DNA of 64,000 nt from a virus (Duplodnaviria > Caudoviricetes), in IMG/VR virus record IMGVR_UViG_3300006789_000019, positions 1,461 through 65,460 of that record; one strand, 5' to 3'. The notes under the pieces are model-generated. The model was not told where the DNA came from, made no database searches, and worked only from the letters and a program-made list of their open reading frames with translations. Shown in pieces: positions 1-9,157 of the stretch. Made by a program: the position numbers and the translations under genes. The number at the start of each line of letters is the position of its first letter. Within the stretch, counting starts at the first letter, position 1.

Positions 1-179
1 CGGCCAGCATTATAAGGAGTGCCATCTTCTTTTCTCATTATGCCACGTTGAGGGGAATACGAATTTGTATTACAACATATTCTCAAATCACCATTATTTC
101 TAAGATTGATTGAGTTCCATGGCATTGGACAAATTGTATCTCCTTTTGATTTTGGTACGTTCTCAAAGTCTTTGCTCAT
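1..179 (-). CDS. twitch-domain radical SAM protein, N-terminal part (runs off window start)
   Basis: Manual translation MSKDFENVPKSKGDTICPMPWNSINLRNNGDLRICCNTNS... has the same C-x-x-P-W...G-x-x-R-x-C-C start as 973..2397. AAGGA RBS upstream. Not in the ORF track. Confidence 0.8.
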   Translation of the reverse strand, partial: MSKDFENVPKSKGDTICPMPWNSINLRNNGDLRICCNTNSYSPQRGIMRKEDGTPYNAG

Positions 180-190
180 AATATTATCCT

Positions 191-325
191 TTACTTAAAT
201 CCCCATTCCCTTTCTTTACACCACCAACATTCACCACAATGTCCCAAGTATGGATCACTTATTTCATCTCCCCACCTAGGGCAGGTATTTGCATAATCCA
301 CTAGTAGTATCTACTTTTTATTCAT
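191..325 (-). pseudogene. remnant of a QueC-like/PP-loop protein C-terminal Zn-binding tail (HCGECWWCKEREWGF)
   Basis: Reading frame MNKK*ILLVDYANTCPRWGDEISDPYLGHCGECWWCKEREWGFK* with an in-frame TAG at 311-313. The HCGxCxxCxER motif resembles the QueC-family C-terminus. Confidence 0.5.
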
Positions 326-341
326 ATTATATTCTCGGGCA

Positions 342-896
342 TTAATATTGTGCCTTAATATAGTCAACAAATGATTGGGCGCCGTCGGATTGATTTTCTT
401 TCCAATCATCAGCAGCGAGTTCGTCTGCTAAATCACTTGCATATTTTAATATCTGTATACCTTGTCCTTTAAGCATGGCAACTTTAACTATGGCATAACC
501 TTCCATATCTACCAGATCACTATCAAGTTCAGGGGTTGATGTAACAAAATTATCACCAGTACTTAGCACAATTTTACTATCGCTTACTTTGAGATCTCCG
601 TTAATTACATCCGGATCAAACGGCGTTATGCCCAAACCAGAAACTGGTCTGGCATCCATATCTCGTTGACGAACTAGTCCAACATTATGAAGTTGGCCTA
701 CTAATTCAGTACGTAATGTGCCAGCAGTACCAAAATTTATAATGCGTTCACAATCAGGCTGATTGGCAACAACACTAGCTGCAATAGTTGCATTAATCTT
801 TCCTACGCCACAGTATATTACCATAAAATTATCAGGAAGTTGATCGCAGTAGTCGCTAGATAATTCAGTTTCTAATGCTACTAAAATATAAATCAT
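342..896 (-). CDS. mtnN: 5'-methylthioadenosine/S-adenosylhomocysteine nucleosidase (PNP/MTAN family)
   Basis: Motifs GVGKINA, NFGTAG, STGDNF, VDMEGYA, KYASDLAD. Confidence 0.8.
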   Translation of the reverse strand: MIYILVALETELSSDYCDQLPDNFMVIYCGVGKINATIAASVVANQPDCERIINFGTAGTLRTELVGQLHNVGLVRQRDMDARPVSGLGITPFDPDVINGDLKVSDSKIVLSTGDNFVTSTPELDSDLVDMEGYAIVKVAMLKGQGIQILKYASDLADELAADDWKENQSDGAQSFVDYIKAQY

Positions 897-972
897 TTAA
901 ATATCCTCATTATTAATTATTGTAGTTTTTTTCTGGCTGTTTCCATCGCTGTATATATCATTAATATATTAT

Positions 973-2397
973 CTATTTTGGTTCGTCTAGTAAGTAAGAC
1001 ATTTCAGGAAATGTCTTACGGAAATCTGTTCCACGCTGTTCATCTAATTTTGTTAAGTATTCACGAAACTCCGGTAATCGACGACTCCAATCTTCACTGC
1101 GAGCAAAGTTAATCATGCCACGTAGTCGTTTAATACCATATGGCGCATCTAGCCATTGTTCTTTTGTTACGTTGCCTTTATGCCAACTAGGTACACCTAG
1201 TTCCCAATTTTCAGTCCACCATTCAATGAATTCTTCATACTTGGCTTCGCACTGATCAATAAATTCATCTGGCAATACTTTGACATTGAAATGTCCTGGC
1301 CAGTATACAAAGTGATAATTAATGCCACCTGCGCCAAATGGCCACATATTTGTTTTATGTAATCCACTTTCTTTGAGTTTCCATTTTAGAAAATCTGGAA
1401 TATAATAAATATTTAGTGCATTTACTGCACATGCAATTGTAATTTCAACGTTATTACTGGTTTGTGTATCTAAACGTTCAAACATTTTAAGAGTGTGATC
1501 CCATGTACTTGGATATCGAATGTAGTCGTTCATGTCTCCAATGCTATCTACTGAATAATGCATACGAACTTTCTTAAAATGTTTCCATTGCTCTAGCAAG
1601 CGGTCTGGCAGTTCTATGCAGTTGGAATTGTAACGTACTTCAATCTTGTCTGCATATCCCATTTCAATAACCTTGTCAAGGATTTCATAATGTTCTTCAA
1701 TAATAGTTGCTTCACCGCCAGCAAAGTATAATTGACGGATATTAGGTACTTGTTCATAAAGTTGTTTCCAGAACGTGGGATTATCCTTATGCCAATTATA
1801 AGTAGCGCCAAATGTTTTGCCGCGATCTTCCCATCCCATAGTTTCTTTAAGATTTTTGTTCTCAATTTTTGGATAAAGGTTATTCCAATCTTTAATCCAA
1901 CCACTTGAATCATGCGGGCTACACATAACACAGCCCAGTTGGCATTTGGTGCCCATACGTATATCAATATATGCCAAGTTAGCATTTGTTGAACCATCTT
2001 TATATGTTTCTTCCACTAACTGAAATGGATCAATGCCATCACGTATCCAATACTCTGTTTCCCATTGACGTTTTGAACGGTGGCCAGCAGCTTCTTCCTT
2101 GTAACACTTTAGACAACTCGCAGGTTTTTCACCAGCTATCATCATTTGCCTTACATTTCGCATATATGAGTTATTCCAGGCGCTATGCAAATCACTTGTA
2201 TTTAAGTTGGCTGGTTTACCATCGTCTGTCTTAACAATGCCCACTCGTCCGCCATGTACTTTATCATTAGTTGCGCCAACTGAACTTGCGTTAGCAGTAC
2301 AACATACTCGCATACTACCATCAGGCCGTGTACTTAAATGCATCCATGGCAATATGCAAAAAGTGTCTGACGGTAATTTTGAATCGTTACAGGTCAT
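973..2397 (-). CDS. radical SAM protein with N-terminal twitch/SPASM-like domain
   Basis: CILPW...RVCC...CLKC N-terminal cluster, CQLGCVMC (CxxxCxxC), AGGE, YNSN. Confidence 0.9.
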   Translation of the reverse strand: MTCNDSKLPSDTFCILPWMHLSTRPDGSMRVCCTANASSVGATNDKVHGGRVGIVKTDDGKPANLNTSDLHSAWNNSYMRNVRQMMIAGEKPASCLKCYKEEAAGHRSKRQWETEYWIRDGIDPFQLVEETYKDGSTNANLAYIDIRMGTKCQLGCVMCSPHDSSGWIKDWNNLYPKIENKNLKETMGWEDRGKTFGATYNWHKDNPTFWKQLYEQVPNIRQLYFAGGEATIIEEHYEILDKVIEMGYADKIEVRYNSNCIELPDRLLEQWKHFKKVRMHYSVDSIGDMNDYIRYPSTWDHTLKMFERLDTQTSNNVEITIACAVNALNIYYIPDFLKWKLKESGLHKTNMWPFGAGGINYHFVYWPGHFNVKVLPDEFIDQCEAKYEEFIEWWTENWELGVPSWHKGNVTKEQWLDAPYGIKRLRGMINFARSEDWSRRLPEFREYLTKLDEQRGTDFRKTFPEMSYLLDEPK

Positions 2398-2427
2398 TAT
2401 GACTCCTAACTTTATTTTTTGATACTC

Positions 2428-2520
2428 TTATGAATATTTAATTACAACAAGAACCATCAATGCGATATTAACTACTATCATTGAAATTGCAAAGATTTCA
2501 GTTTTTGTATAACTATCCAT
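2428..2520 (-). CDS. 30-aa single-pass membrane peptide (not in ORF track)
   Basis: MDSYTKTEIFAISMIVVNIALMVLVVIKYS*. AGGA upstream; fills the intergenic gap on the coding strand. Confidence 0.5.
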   Translation of the reverse strand: MDSYTKTEIFAISMIVVNIALMVLVVIKYS

Positions 2521-2557
2521 TAAATCTCATTCCTAATTGTTTTATAAAATTTTAACA

Positions 2558-2613
2558 GAAAGGACCCAGTAATGTTGAATATCTTTTTTAGTATCCTACA
2601 TAACCGGGTCCTT
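2558..2613 (-). other. long imperfect RNA hairpin (terminator, processing site or leader)
   Basis: Minus strand AAGGACCCGGUUAUGUAGGAUA...UAUUCAACAUUACUGGGUCCUU forms a ~22-bp stem; its G-U pairs favour the minus-strand RNA. Confidence 0.65.
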
Positions 2614-2624
2614 TTATTCTCGTA

Positions 2625-2927
2625 TCATTGATTGTCTGTATCGTCGTCGATGATGTCATCTTTAAAATATGAATCCAACATGCGTGTTATATCGCCAGTT
2701 ACATGCTTTTTAATAGCTTCGTAATCTAAGCTAATATTAACATCAGCGACTTCTTCCCTACTAATATTTTCAATTAATAACTGCGCTTCATCCAAATCAC
2801 CTACATCAATGGTTGAACCATCCATAAGAACAATTTGTACTGTCATAATGAAATTTGCAGGCACTTGATGAACTTCGACTTCGTCCAAAATGCGGTCAAA
2901 CGAACGATCCTTTCTTTCAATTGACAT
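2625..2927 (-). CDS. hypothetical protein (acidic)
   Basis: ORF with AAGGA RBS, co-oriented with neighbours. Confidence 0.75.
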   Translation of the reverse strand: MSIERKDRSFDRILDEVEVHQVPANFIMTVQIVLMDGSTIDVGDLDEAQLLIENISREEVADVNISLDYEAIKKHVTGDITRMLDSYFKDDIIDDDTDNQ

Positions 2928-2941
2928 AACAGTTTAATCCT

Positions 2942-3529
2942 TTATTTTACTGTTTCAGTTTTAATGCTTTTTGCTTTAGGTTTGCGGCCACGTTTTGGCT
3001 TTAGTTCTGGTGCCAAATCAAACGCTTCGGTTCGCAAACGCTTTGCTTCTGCTTCAAATCCAGATGCTTGCTTTAACATATTTTGCGCCAACGCAACATT
3101 ATCCAATGCCACATCATCATCTGATGATGATTCTACTTCTGCTGATGGCTCAACTGCTGGCTTTCCGCCATTTTGCTGACTAATCAAATCATTCAAATCG
3201 GCTAAATTAATAGCAGTTTCACGATTTGGTGTCATTGAAATATTGCTAACCGGTTGGCGTTGCAGTAACCCTTTTGAATGCATGTTATTTAACATCTGCG
3301 TTCCATCTGAGAATAAAGTTCGTGCGGCATATTCGTAGAATTCATTTGATTCTTGACCAGCTGGTGATTCAACTGCATGCATAATATCATCATGCATCCA
3401 ATCTGGAAGTGCATCTGTATCTACTATTAAGCAATAAGTGGGCTCATCTGGAATTTCACGAAAAACTACAACACATCTACGTTGGGTATTAATAATAGAC
3501 CCAATGTGTTTTAAGTTATTTGTTGGCAT
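2942..3529 (-). CDS. hypothetical phage protein with basic C-terminal tail (KPKRGRKPK)
   Basis: Intact 195-aa ORF, GGAG RBS, operon context. Confidence 0.8.
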   Translation of the reverse strand: MPTNNLKHIGSIINTQRRCVVVFREIPDEPTYCLIVDTDALPDWMHDDIMHAVESPAGQESNEFYEYAARTLFSDGTQMLNNMHSKGLLQRQPVSNISMTPNRETAINLADLNDLISQQNGGKPAVEPSAEVESSSDDDVALDNVALAQNMLKQASGFEAEAKRLRTEAFDLAPELKPKRGRKPKAKSIKTETVK

Positions 3530-3534
3530 AATAC

Positions 3535-3774
3535 TTACTCTCCTTCAGAGGCAGGGGCTTCTTCTTTAACAGACTCGTCATCACGAGTTTCAACTTCAGG
3601 TGCTAGTTGACGAATAATTGCAACTAGGCGATTGAATTGGATACCTACAGTTTCTGCTTCAGCGCCTTTAAATGCGCCACGCTGGACTGCTAAATCAATG
3701 ATATTACAAGTTGTTGTAAGATCATCTAATGTTAGTGACGCTGAGCGTCCTTGATTTTCGGTTTGTTCAGTCAT
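3535..3774 (-). CDS. hypothetical phage protein
   Basis: AGGAG RBS; late-type motif upstream; IIDLAVQRGAFK segment. Confidence 0.8.
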   Translation of the reverse strand: MTEQTENQGRSASLTLDDLTTTCNIIDLAVQRGAFKGAEAETVGIQFNRLVAIIRQLAPEVETRDDESVKEEAPASEGE

Positions 3775-3811
3775 TTGGTTCTCCTTTTGAATTTTAATTA
3801 ACTGCTATGTT

Positions 3812-3819
3812 TATTTATC
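3812..3819 (-). promoter_or_regulatory. T4-like late promoter motif GATAAATA
   Basis: Intergenic; the same (T/G/C)ATAAATA motif recurs before several genes. Confidence 0.55.
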
Positions 3820-4113
3820 CTATGCATGAGCATTATTGCCTACAATAGCAATAAATAAGTTCTTTTTAAACTTATCTATATCAGTCGGGCTTTCAAACCA
3901 AACCTGATATAAACTTCTTTGATTAATACTTCTGATATGATACAATCCAGTGACCCCAGCCGTCAATGCAACCCAATCCATTTCTTGGTTTGGTACTGAC
4001 ATAACTAGAATTCGATTTCGCATCATTGTCTGAATAAGTTCAGTTCCTGCTAGCAGGCCCATATCATTTTCGCTTAATGAGCCTGCGTTATCTAATATTT
4101 TTGGTTTATTCAT
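3820..4113 (-). CDS. hypothetical protein (start revised to MNKPK)
   Basis: The ATG at 4113 overlaps the end of the upstream VWA gene; the longer track start would overlap it by more than 100 nt. Confidence 0.7.
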   Translation of the reverse strand: MNKPKILDNAGSLSENDMGLLAGTELIQTMMRNRILVMSVPNQEMDWVALTAGVTGLYHIRSINQRSLYQVWFESPTDIDKFKKNLFIAIVGNNAHA

Positions 4114-5290
4114 AATGCACTGTAACTCCAAATGGTGCTTGTATTCTTTGTGCGGTATCTCCGTGAATAACAAATAATGTATCACAGTAATCTTCGTTAC
4201 CCCATGAACCCCATGGATAACCATCAGTAAACATTACTAACTGATGAGGACTAATATCATTTTCAGCTAAGAAATTAAATACTGCATCAAAATCAGTACC
4301 ACCACCACCTTTAAGTTCATAGTCGTTAATACTGCGGCCATCTTCGCTGCTGAATATTTCATAGTTATATACACGGGTGTCAAAACAACAAACGTGAATT
4401 TCATAATCAGCATACTGGTCCATAATACCTTGCACTTCACTAAGCATTTCTTTTGCCAAATCATGGCCAATACTTCCGCTAAGATCTAATGCAATAAATG
4501 CCCTTAAAAGTTCATCTTTATTCATGCCCGGGAAAATAACTTCTCCTGAACGCTTGCTTGGGCGCATAAAGGTAAAATCATGCTGAAGTGAACTTTCTAA
4601 CTGGGTACATAAAATATCCTTCCAGTCCATCTTTGGTGCTACTAACTCTTGAATCATTCGTTTAATTGATTCTGGAACATCACCACCAGCACCTTGTGCT
4701 GCCTGGATAACAGCCTGCTTGATTTCATCTTGCAATGCCTTGCGTTCTTCTTCTGTCATTTGTCCAATTGAACCAGCATCACCTTCGCCATCACCGTCGC
4801 CAGGTGAACCATTTGGGTCTAAATGAACATCCATGCTACAGCCTGTGTCATCATTCTCTTCAACAAGAATGTCATAAATCTCATATGAGTTCATGCCTTT
4901 GTATTTCCAATCTAAGCATGGCTTACCGCCGCTTAGATATTCTTCAGTAATCACGGTGCCAATATTTTCATCAACCAATGTCATATTTATATTAAAATCT
5001 GCCGCTTGATTATACTTATTGGGGTCACGGTCACCACGTGCGCCCATATGATCAAACACCATATGTAACACTTCATGGCCAACCAAATAATCAATCATTC
5101 CATCTGGCAACTGGTTGATAAACTCGCGATTAAAATAAAAGTTACGTCCATCTGTTGCCGCTGTAGAAATATCATTCATTTCTATTAATTTAAACCGGGT
5201 AGCAAGCTGACCAAAAAATGGTTTACCTAATAGGAGACGAACACGTGATTTTGTTATACGTTCTTCGGCAAGTTGTACCATATCATTCAT
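4106..5290 (-). CDS. DUF2201-type metallopeptidase (HExxH) + VWA domain protein
   Basis: TAATDG, HEVLH, DLSGS MIDAS motif, GGGGTDF, FTDG. Confidence 0.9.
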   Translation of the reverse strand: MNDMVQLAEERITKSRVRLLLGKPFFGQLATRFKLIEMNDISTAATDGRNFYFNREFINQLPDGMIDYLVGHEVLHMVFDHMGARGDRDPNKYNQAADFNINMTLVDENIGTVITEEYLSGGKPCLDWKYKGMNSYEIYDILVEENDDTGCSMDVHLDPNGSPGDGDGEGDAGSIGQMTEEERKALQDEIKQAVIQAAQGAGGDVPESIKRMIQELVAPKMDWKDILCTQLESSLQHDFTFMRPSKRSGEVIFPGMNKDELLRAFIALDLSGSIGHDLAKEMLSEVQGIMDQYADYEIHVCCFDTRVYNYEIFSSEDGRSINDYELKGGGGTDFDAVFNFLAENDISPHQLVMFTDGYPWGSWGNEDYCDTLFVIHGDTAQRIQAPFGVTVHYE

Positions 5291-5314
5291 CCTAATCTGT
5301 TGTACTATATTATT

Positions 5315-5343
5315 ATAATACTATAATTCATTACTAATGTCAA
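5315..5343 (-). promoter_or_regulatory. sigma70-type promoter TTGACA-N17-TATTAT
   Basis: Read directly upstream of 5290. Confidence 0.7.
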
Positions 5344-5348
5344 GTAAA

Positions 5349-5699
5349 TCATAAACTTAATTTGAAAATCATAGCGTCATCTGGATTTTTAAAGTAAATT
5401 GCATGCGAATCATCTGGAAAGGCATACTTAGTTACTACAAAATCTTGATGAAATAAGTTAAAGCGGCACCATGCAGTAGCTTCAATTAATTGACCTGGTC
5501 TAACCTTAACACTTACGGCATTTGCTTTCCACTTGCGTTTATATTCATGCAACATTATCGGTGTCCAATCTTTGCATGCAAGTCCATATAGTCTGATATT
5601 AGTTCTTTCACGAGGTGAAAAGTTAGCTAAATCTACCTTTTTTTCATGCTCTAACAATTTTGGCGTCAAATATGTAGCTTTCATACTATGTCGATCCAC
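5349..5699 (-). CDS. hypothetical protein (C-terminal FKNPDDAMIFKL motif)
   Basis: Co-oriented ORF; shares its C-terminal motif with other small ORFs here. Confidence 0.7.
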   Translation of the reverse strand: MDRHSMKATYLTPKLLEHEKKVDLANFSPRERTNIRLYGLACKDWTPIMLHEYKRKWKANAVSVKVRPGQLIEATAWCRFNLFHQDFVVTKYAFPDDSHAIYFKNPDDAMIFKLSL

Positions 5700-5705
5700 T
5701 TAACT

Positions 5706-5736
5706 AAAAAAGATATAGGAGCCATTAGCTCCTATA
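5706..5736 (-). terminator. intrinsic terminator after the AAA+ ATPase
   Basis: TATAGGAGC-N5-GCTCCTATA stem with a U-tract on the minus strand. Confidence 0.75.
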
Positions 5737-5755
5737 GTTTTATAATGCATAATGT

Positions 5756-6874
5756 CTATGCATCTAATACCAAACGACCATAGCGTTCGAAGAACTCCTG
5801 GAAGCGGGCAATCTTATCTTGCTTTGGTGTTAACTTATAATTTTGCATCGCAACACGTGATGCCATAATCACCATTTCTGTTTCGAAGTTATCCATCATG
5901 AAGCTAATAAAGTTACTAAAGCTCTTGTGGAATTTATCCAACGAACCAGCCTTTTCTCCATTCTGGTGACGCTCACGTAACTCGTAACATAGGCTCGTTG
6001 CCAATGCATATTTCGCGCTCATCTCATCACTCTTCATTTCAGTTATCTTGCCGTCCAATACAGCAGTTGGATCTGGACAATCAGCAGCAACTTTGCGGTG
6101 AGCCATAAACTTAATAGCAATGCCTTCACCAACACAGCCTGCAACCATATCAGTGGTAAGTCCTTCACCAAGATCATCATCATCTTCTAGTAATTCACTA
6201 GTAAATGTCCATGCGCGTGGTGTAGCAAAACCACGTGAACTAGACTTGGGGTCAAAGTTATAAAGGTCATTTTTAGCAAAGCTCAAATAACCAACAATAT
6301 CAGCATTGATGTTTTTATCAACAGCCCAGTTCAACCAATCTTCAAAATCAACACGTAGTTCAAAGTGAACAAAACGATTCTCAAGTGGCTTAGGCATACG
6401 GTAAGTAACACCTTTGTCAGTCTCACGGTTACCTGCGGCAATCATTACCACATTTTCAGGCAACTTATACTGACCAATTCGACGGTTTAGGATAAGTTGA
6501 TAACCAGCGGCCTGTACACTTGGTGCTGCTGAGTTCATCTCATCTAGGAACACAATAACTGTATCGTATTGTGCAGCTAGTTCTTCACTGGGAAGATCTG
6601 CAGGTGGTAGCCATTGCATAACACCTGTTTCTAGATTTGGAACTGGGTAACCACGCAAATCAGTTGGCTCAAACAATGCCAGGCGCATATCAATTACAAG
6701 AGTATTACCCAATACACCTGAATCACCAATGCCCTGTACAAGTTCTGATTTACCAATTCCTGGAGGTCCCCACAAAAACACAGGACGCTTCTTATTGAAC
6801 GCACGAACGATAAGGCGGTTGGCCTCTGAAATCCGTACAGTACGATCATTTGTTAATGTAGCAGTAGTTGACAT
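5756..6874 (-). CDS. MoxR-like AAA+ ATPase
   Basis: Walker A GPPGIGKS, Walker B VFLDE, AAGN sensor, NRF; paired with the VWA protein. Confidence 0.92.
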   Translation of the reverse strand: MSTTATLTNDRTVRISEANRLIVRAFNKKRPVFLWGPPGIGKSELVQGIGDSGVLGNTLVIDMRLALFEPTDLRGYPVPNLETGVMQWLPPADLPSEELAAQYDTVIVFLDEMNSAAPSVQAAGYQLILNRRIGQYKLPENVVMIAAGNRETDKGVTYRMPKPLENRFVHFELRVDFEDWLNWAVDKNINADIVGYLSFAKNDLYNFDPKSSSRGFATPRAWTFTSELLEDDDDLGEGLTTDMVAGCVGEGIAIKFMAHRKVAADCPDPTAVLDGKITEMKSDEMSAKYALATSLCYELRERHQNGEKAGSLDKFHKSFSNFISFMMDNFETEMVIMASRVAMQNYKLTPKQDKIARFQEFFERYGRLVLDA

Positions 6875-6923
6875 ATCGTGTCTCCGTTATATCCATTATC
6901 GGGTTTAATTAAGTTATGTATAG

Positions 6924-6952
6924 ATTATACATTATCTAGGTAGGTGTGTCAA
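6924..6952 (-). promoter_or_regulatory. consensus sigma70 promoter TTGACA-N17-TATAAT
   Basis: Perfect consensus upstream of the ATPase. Confidence 0.85.
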
Positions 6953-6955
6953 TAC

Positions 6956-7219
6956 TTAAATTTGATAAACACCAAGCATTCCAGGATTAACCCACTCACA
7001 AAACAATTTGTTCTTGCGAAGCAAATCACATACTTCTTGTTTTACTCCAAACTCACCATATGCGAACTGGTAATAATCAGCCCAAAGATCAGTTGAGTTA
7101 TCTTCGGCGCTAATAATGAATGCACCATAGTCGCAACCTTCAGGGGCGAAAACTGGGCAGCCCATTTTCTTTAATGCGTTAAAAGCTGTTCGTTCGTTGC
7201 GTTTCATAATCTTTCTCAC
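6956..7219 (-). CDS. hypothetical (probably early) phage protein
   Basis: ORF directly behind its own sigma70 promoter. Confidence 0.75.
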   Translation of the reverse strand: MRKIMKRNERTAFNALKKMGCPVFAPEGCDYGAFIISAEDNSTDLWADYYQFAYGEFGVKQEVCDLLRKNKLFCEWVNPGMLGVYQI

Positions 7220-7241
7220 TCTTTGATTAACTTATACTTAT

Positions 7242-7270
7242 ATGATACAGTAAGACGTATTGGTTGTCAA
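7242..7270 (-). promoter_or_regulatory. sigma70 promoter TTGACA-N17-TATCAT with a 14-bp operator-like box in the spacer
   Basis: The spacer holds AGTAAGACGTATTG (plus strand 7249-7262); an inverted copy lies at 17048-17061. Confidence 0.75.
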
Positions 7271-7288
7271 TACTTTTTTGCTTTTTAT

Positions 7289-7639
7289 TTAATCTTTTTG
7301 GCTTTCAATCCATGTTTCGAAGCCGCCAAGCTTATACATAAATGCATCAGTTTCACTGAAAAGTACAATATAGCTTGGTCCCATATAATATGGATGTTTG
7401 ATTTTTTTGAGCATCTGAATTAAATGCTTACTCTTAACTTGTTTTGAGTTTTTGAAGGTATAGCTGTCGTATAGTTTCAACATAAGGTTTTTGCCTTTTG
7501 TACGAAGCCGCAAGGTGTTCATATTCAAAAAAATGTCATAGCAATTAATTTTGCTATGACCATTTATTTCTTTAATTTTATTTAAAATAAATTTTTGCAT
7601 TTGTAGCACATATTCATGATGTGACTGACTATTAATCAT
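7289..7639 (-). CDS. hypothetical protein
   Basis: ATG at 7639 overlaps the upstream stop; C-terminal FSETDAFMYKL motif. Confidence 0.7.
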   Translation of the reverse strand: MINSQSHHEYVLQMQKFILNKIKEINGHSKINCYDIFLNMNTLRLRTKGKNLMLKLYDSYTFKNSKQVKSKHLIQMLKKIKHPYYMGPSYIVLFSETDAFMYKLGGFETWIESQKD

Positions 7640-7922
7640 CTTTATTAATGAGTTCGCCACAATCTAGCTTATAAACTGCAAAATCAGTAGTACTGAATTT
7701 TTTATTAAGTCGGGTTGCCAATCCAAAGGCGTGGCCACTATTACTGAAACTTACTTTTTTGTATTTAGGTCCTGGGTAATTAACTAAAGTATTGAGTGAT
7801 CGCAAATTAATTGGGTTACCTTGGTAGAAAACCGCGTAAATTGCAGTTGCTTCAAGTACTTGTTCACTATTATAATTTCGATCAGCATGTTCAATTATTA
7901 TTGTTGGTTTAGGTCTTGCCAT
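7632..7922 (-). CDS. hypothetical phage protein
   Basis: AGGAG RBS, late motif upstream, PGPKYKKVSFSN segment. Confidence 0.8.
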   Translation of the reverse strand: MARPKPTIIIEHADRNYNSEQVLEATAIYAVFYQGNPINLRSLNTLVNYPGPKYKKVSFSNSGHAFGLATRLNKKFSTTDFAVYKLDCGELINKDD

Positions 7923-7946
7923 GGATATATTATCTCCTAGTCAAAG

Positions 7947-7954
7947 TATTTATC
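7947..7954 (-). promoter_or_regulatory. late promoter motif GATAAATA
   Basis: Intergenic, about 25 nt upstream of ATG 7922. Confidence 0.55.
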
Positions 7955-7975
7955 TAAATCAGTAGTTTTATAGAA

Positions 7976-8428
7976 TTATCTGCGGTGTTTCTTTAATTCT
8001 AAATTAACTTCCCACTCAGTTAAATAGGGTCCTTTGCTAGGATACTTTTCCAATGTTGAAATCTTTGGATTGAACGCCCATTGCCAACTCGTGCCTTTAA
8101 ACTCAATAATATAATACCCAGCACCATATAATGTATTGGCAGTTTCTGTTTTAGTGTAAGCTGGGTAATGTTTGTATTCTTTTGGATATACTTTTGTGAT
8201 ACCAGTGCTAAATCCGTTCACTGCATGATCAGGCAAAACTTTACTTGAACCATATTCTTTATCTATTACTGTAAACAAATCATCGATAGTATCAAGAACC
8301 TGTGTAGATTTATCTCGTTGATCAAAAAATTCAAATCCAGACTCGCATGATCGCAATGTGCCAACTTTGCTGTGATCATTTTTAACAATCCAAAATCTAT
8401 TCTTAATAACTTCTTGTGCTGTATACAC
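7976..8428 (-). CDS. hypothetical phage protein
   Basis: Co-oriented ORF abutting the upstream gene. Confidence 0.75.
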   Translation of the reverse strand: MYTAQEVIKNRFWIVKNDHSKVGTLRSCESGFEFFDQRDKSTQVLDTIDDLFTVIDKEYGSSKVLPDHAVNGFSTGITKVYPKEYKHYPAYTKTETANTLYGAGYYIIEFKGTSWQWAFNPKISTLEKYPSKGPYLTEWEVNLELKKHRR

Positions 8429-8431
8429 TGT

Positions 8432-9157
8432 TTAATCCCATAAATTTTCATAATACTTACCGAATAAGCTAAAACCATTAGTTATCCTGGCTTGAAATGC
8501 CTTGCGACCTTCCCAATCAATTTCATTCGTATGCTCGGGTCCATGCACCATTTCAGACATGCCATCTTCAAGTGTTTTCCATTGTATATCCATATTGCCT
8601 GTCTGAAACTGATCTTCCCATTCTGTAAGATCACCTACCTTTGTCTCAAATGCAAAAATCATTTCATCTAATACATAATCCCAACGTTCAAACCAGCTAG
8701 CATCTGTTTCGCCTTTTTGTATATCGAGTAATTCTTTCTTAGAAGGCCGGAGGTTAGCAGGTACATCTTCAGGATATACATACGGAGCGCCCTGCTTGGT
8801 TTCTTTTAGTTGTTTTAGCATAGGTAGAATAATATTAGCAAGTGTATGATCCATGCTCCAAGTATCCCAATGATCAATATGGATATATTCCTTTCGTTTT
8901 CGATTACGTTGAATCCATAGCAAGAACTTATATAGCAGTGTTGTCTTTCGCTCTTCGTCGAACAATGAAGTAATATCGCCTACTTCGGGTTCTGGTTTAA
9001 TGCTACCGTGTGCTAACAACTCACCAAATTTATGAACCCAGTCAGGCTTTCTTGAGAAGCCATGTTCATCCGGAACGTCCTTAACCCAAAAGCACAACTT
9101 TTCAGCTACTTGATAAGGACCTATCCAATCTGTGTATTTTCCAATTTTAACTTTCAT
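8432..9157 (-). CDS. hypothetical protein of a type common in T4-like phages
   Basis: DTWSMDHTLANIILPMLKQLKE...LFGKYYENLWD. Confidence 0.8.
   Translation of the reverse strand: MKVKIGKYTDWIGPYQVAEKLCFWVKDVPDEHGFSRKPDWVHKFGELLAHGSIKPEPEVGDITSLFDEERKTTLLYKFLLWIQRNRKRKEYIHIDHWDTWSMDHTLANIILPMLKQLKETKQGAPYVYPEDVPANLRPSKKELLDIQKGETDASWFERWDYVLDEMIFAFETKVGDLTEWEDQFQTGNMDIQWKTLEDGMSEMVHGPEHTNEIDWEGRKAFQARITNGFSLFGKYYENLWD

Noticed and set aside
311-313. Amber (TAG) recoding suggested by the in-frame TAG
   Set aside because: Many complete genes end in TAG at natural C-termini (e.g. 973, 5756, 9465, 25925), and coding density is already high in the standard code.
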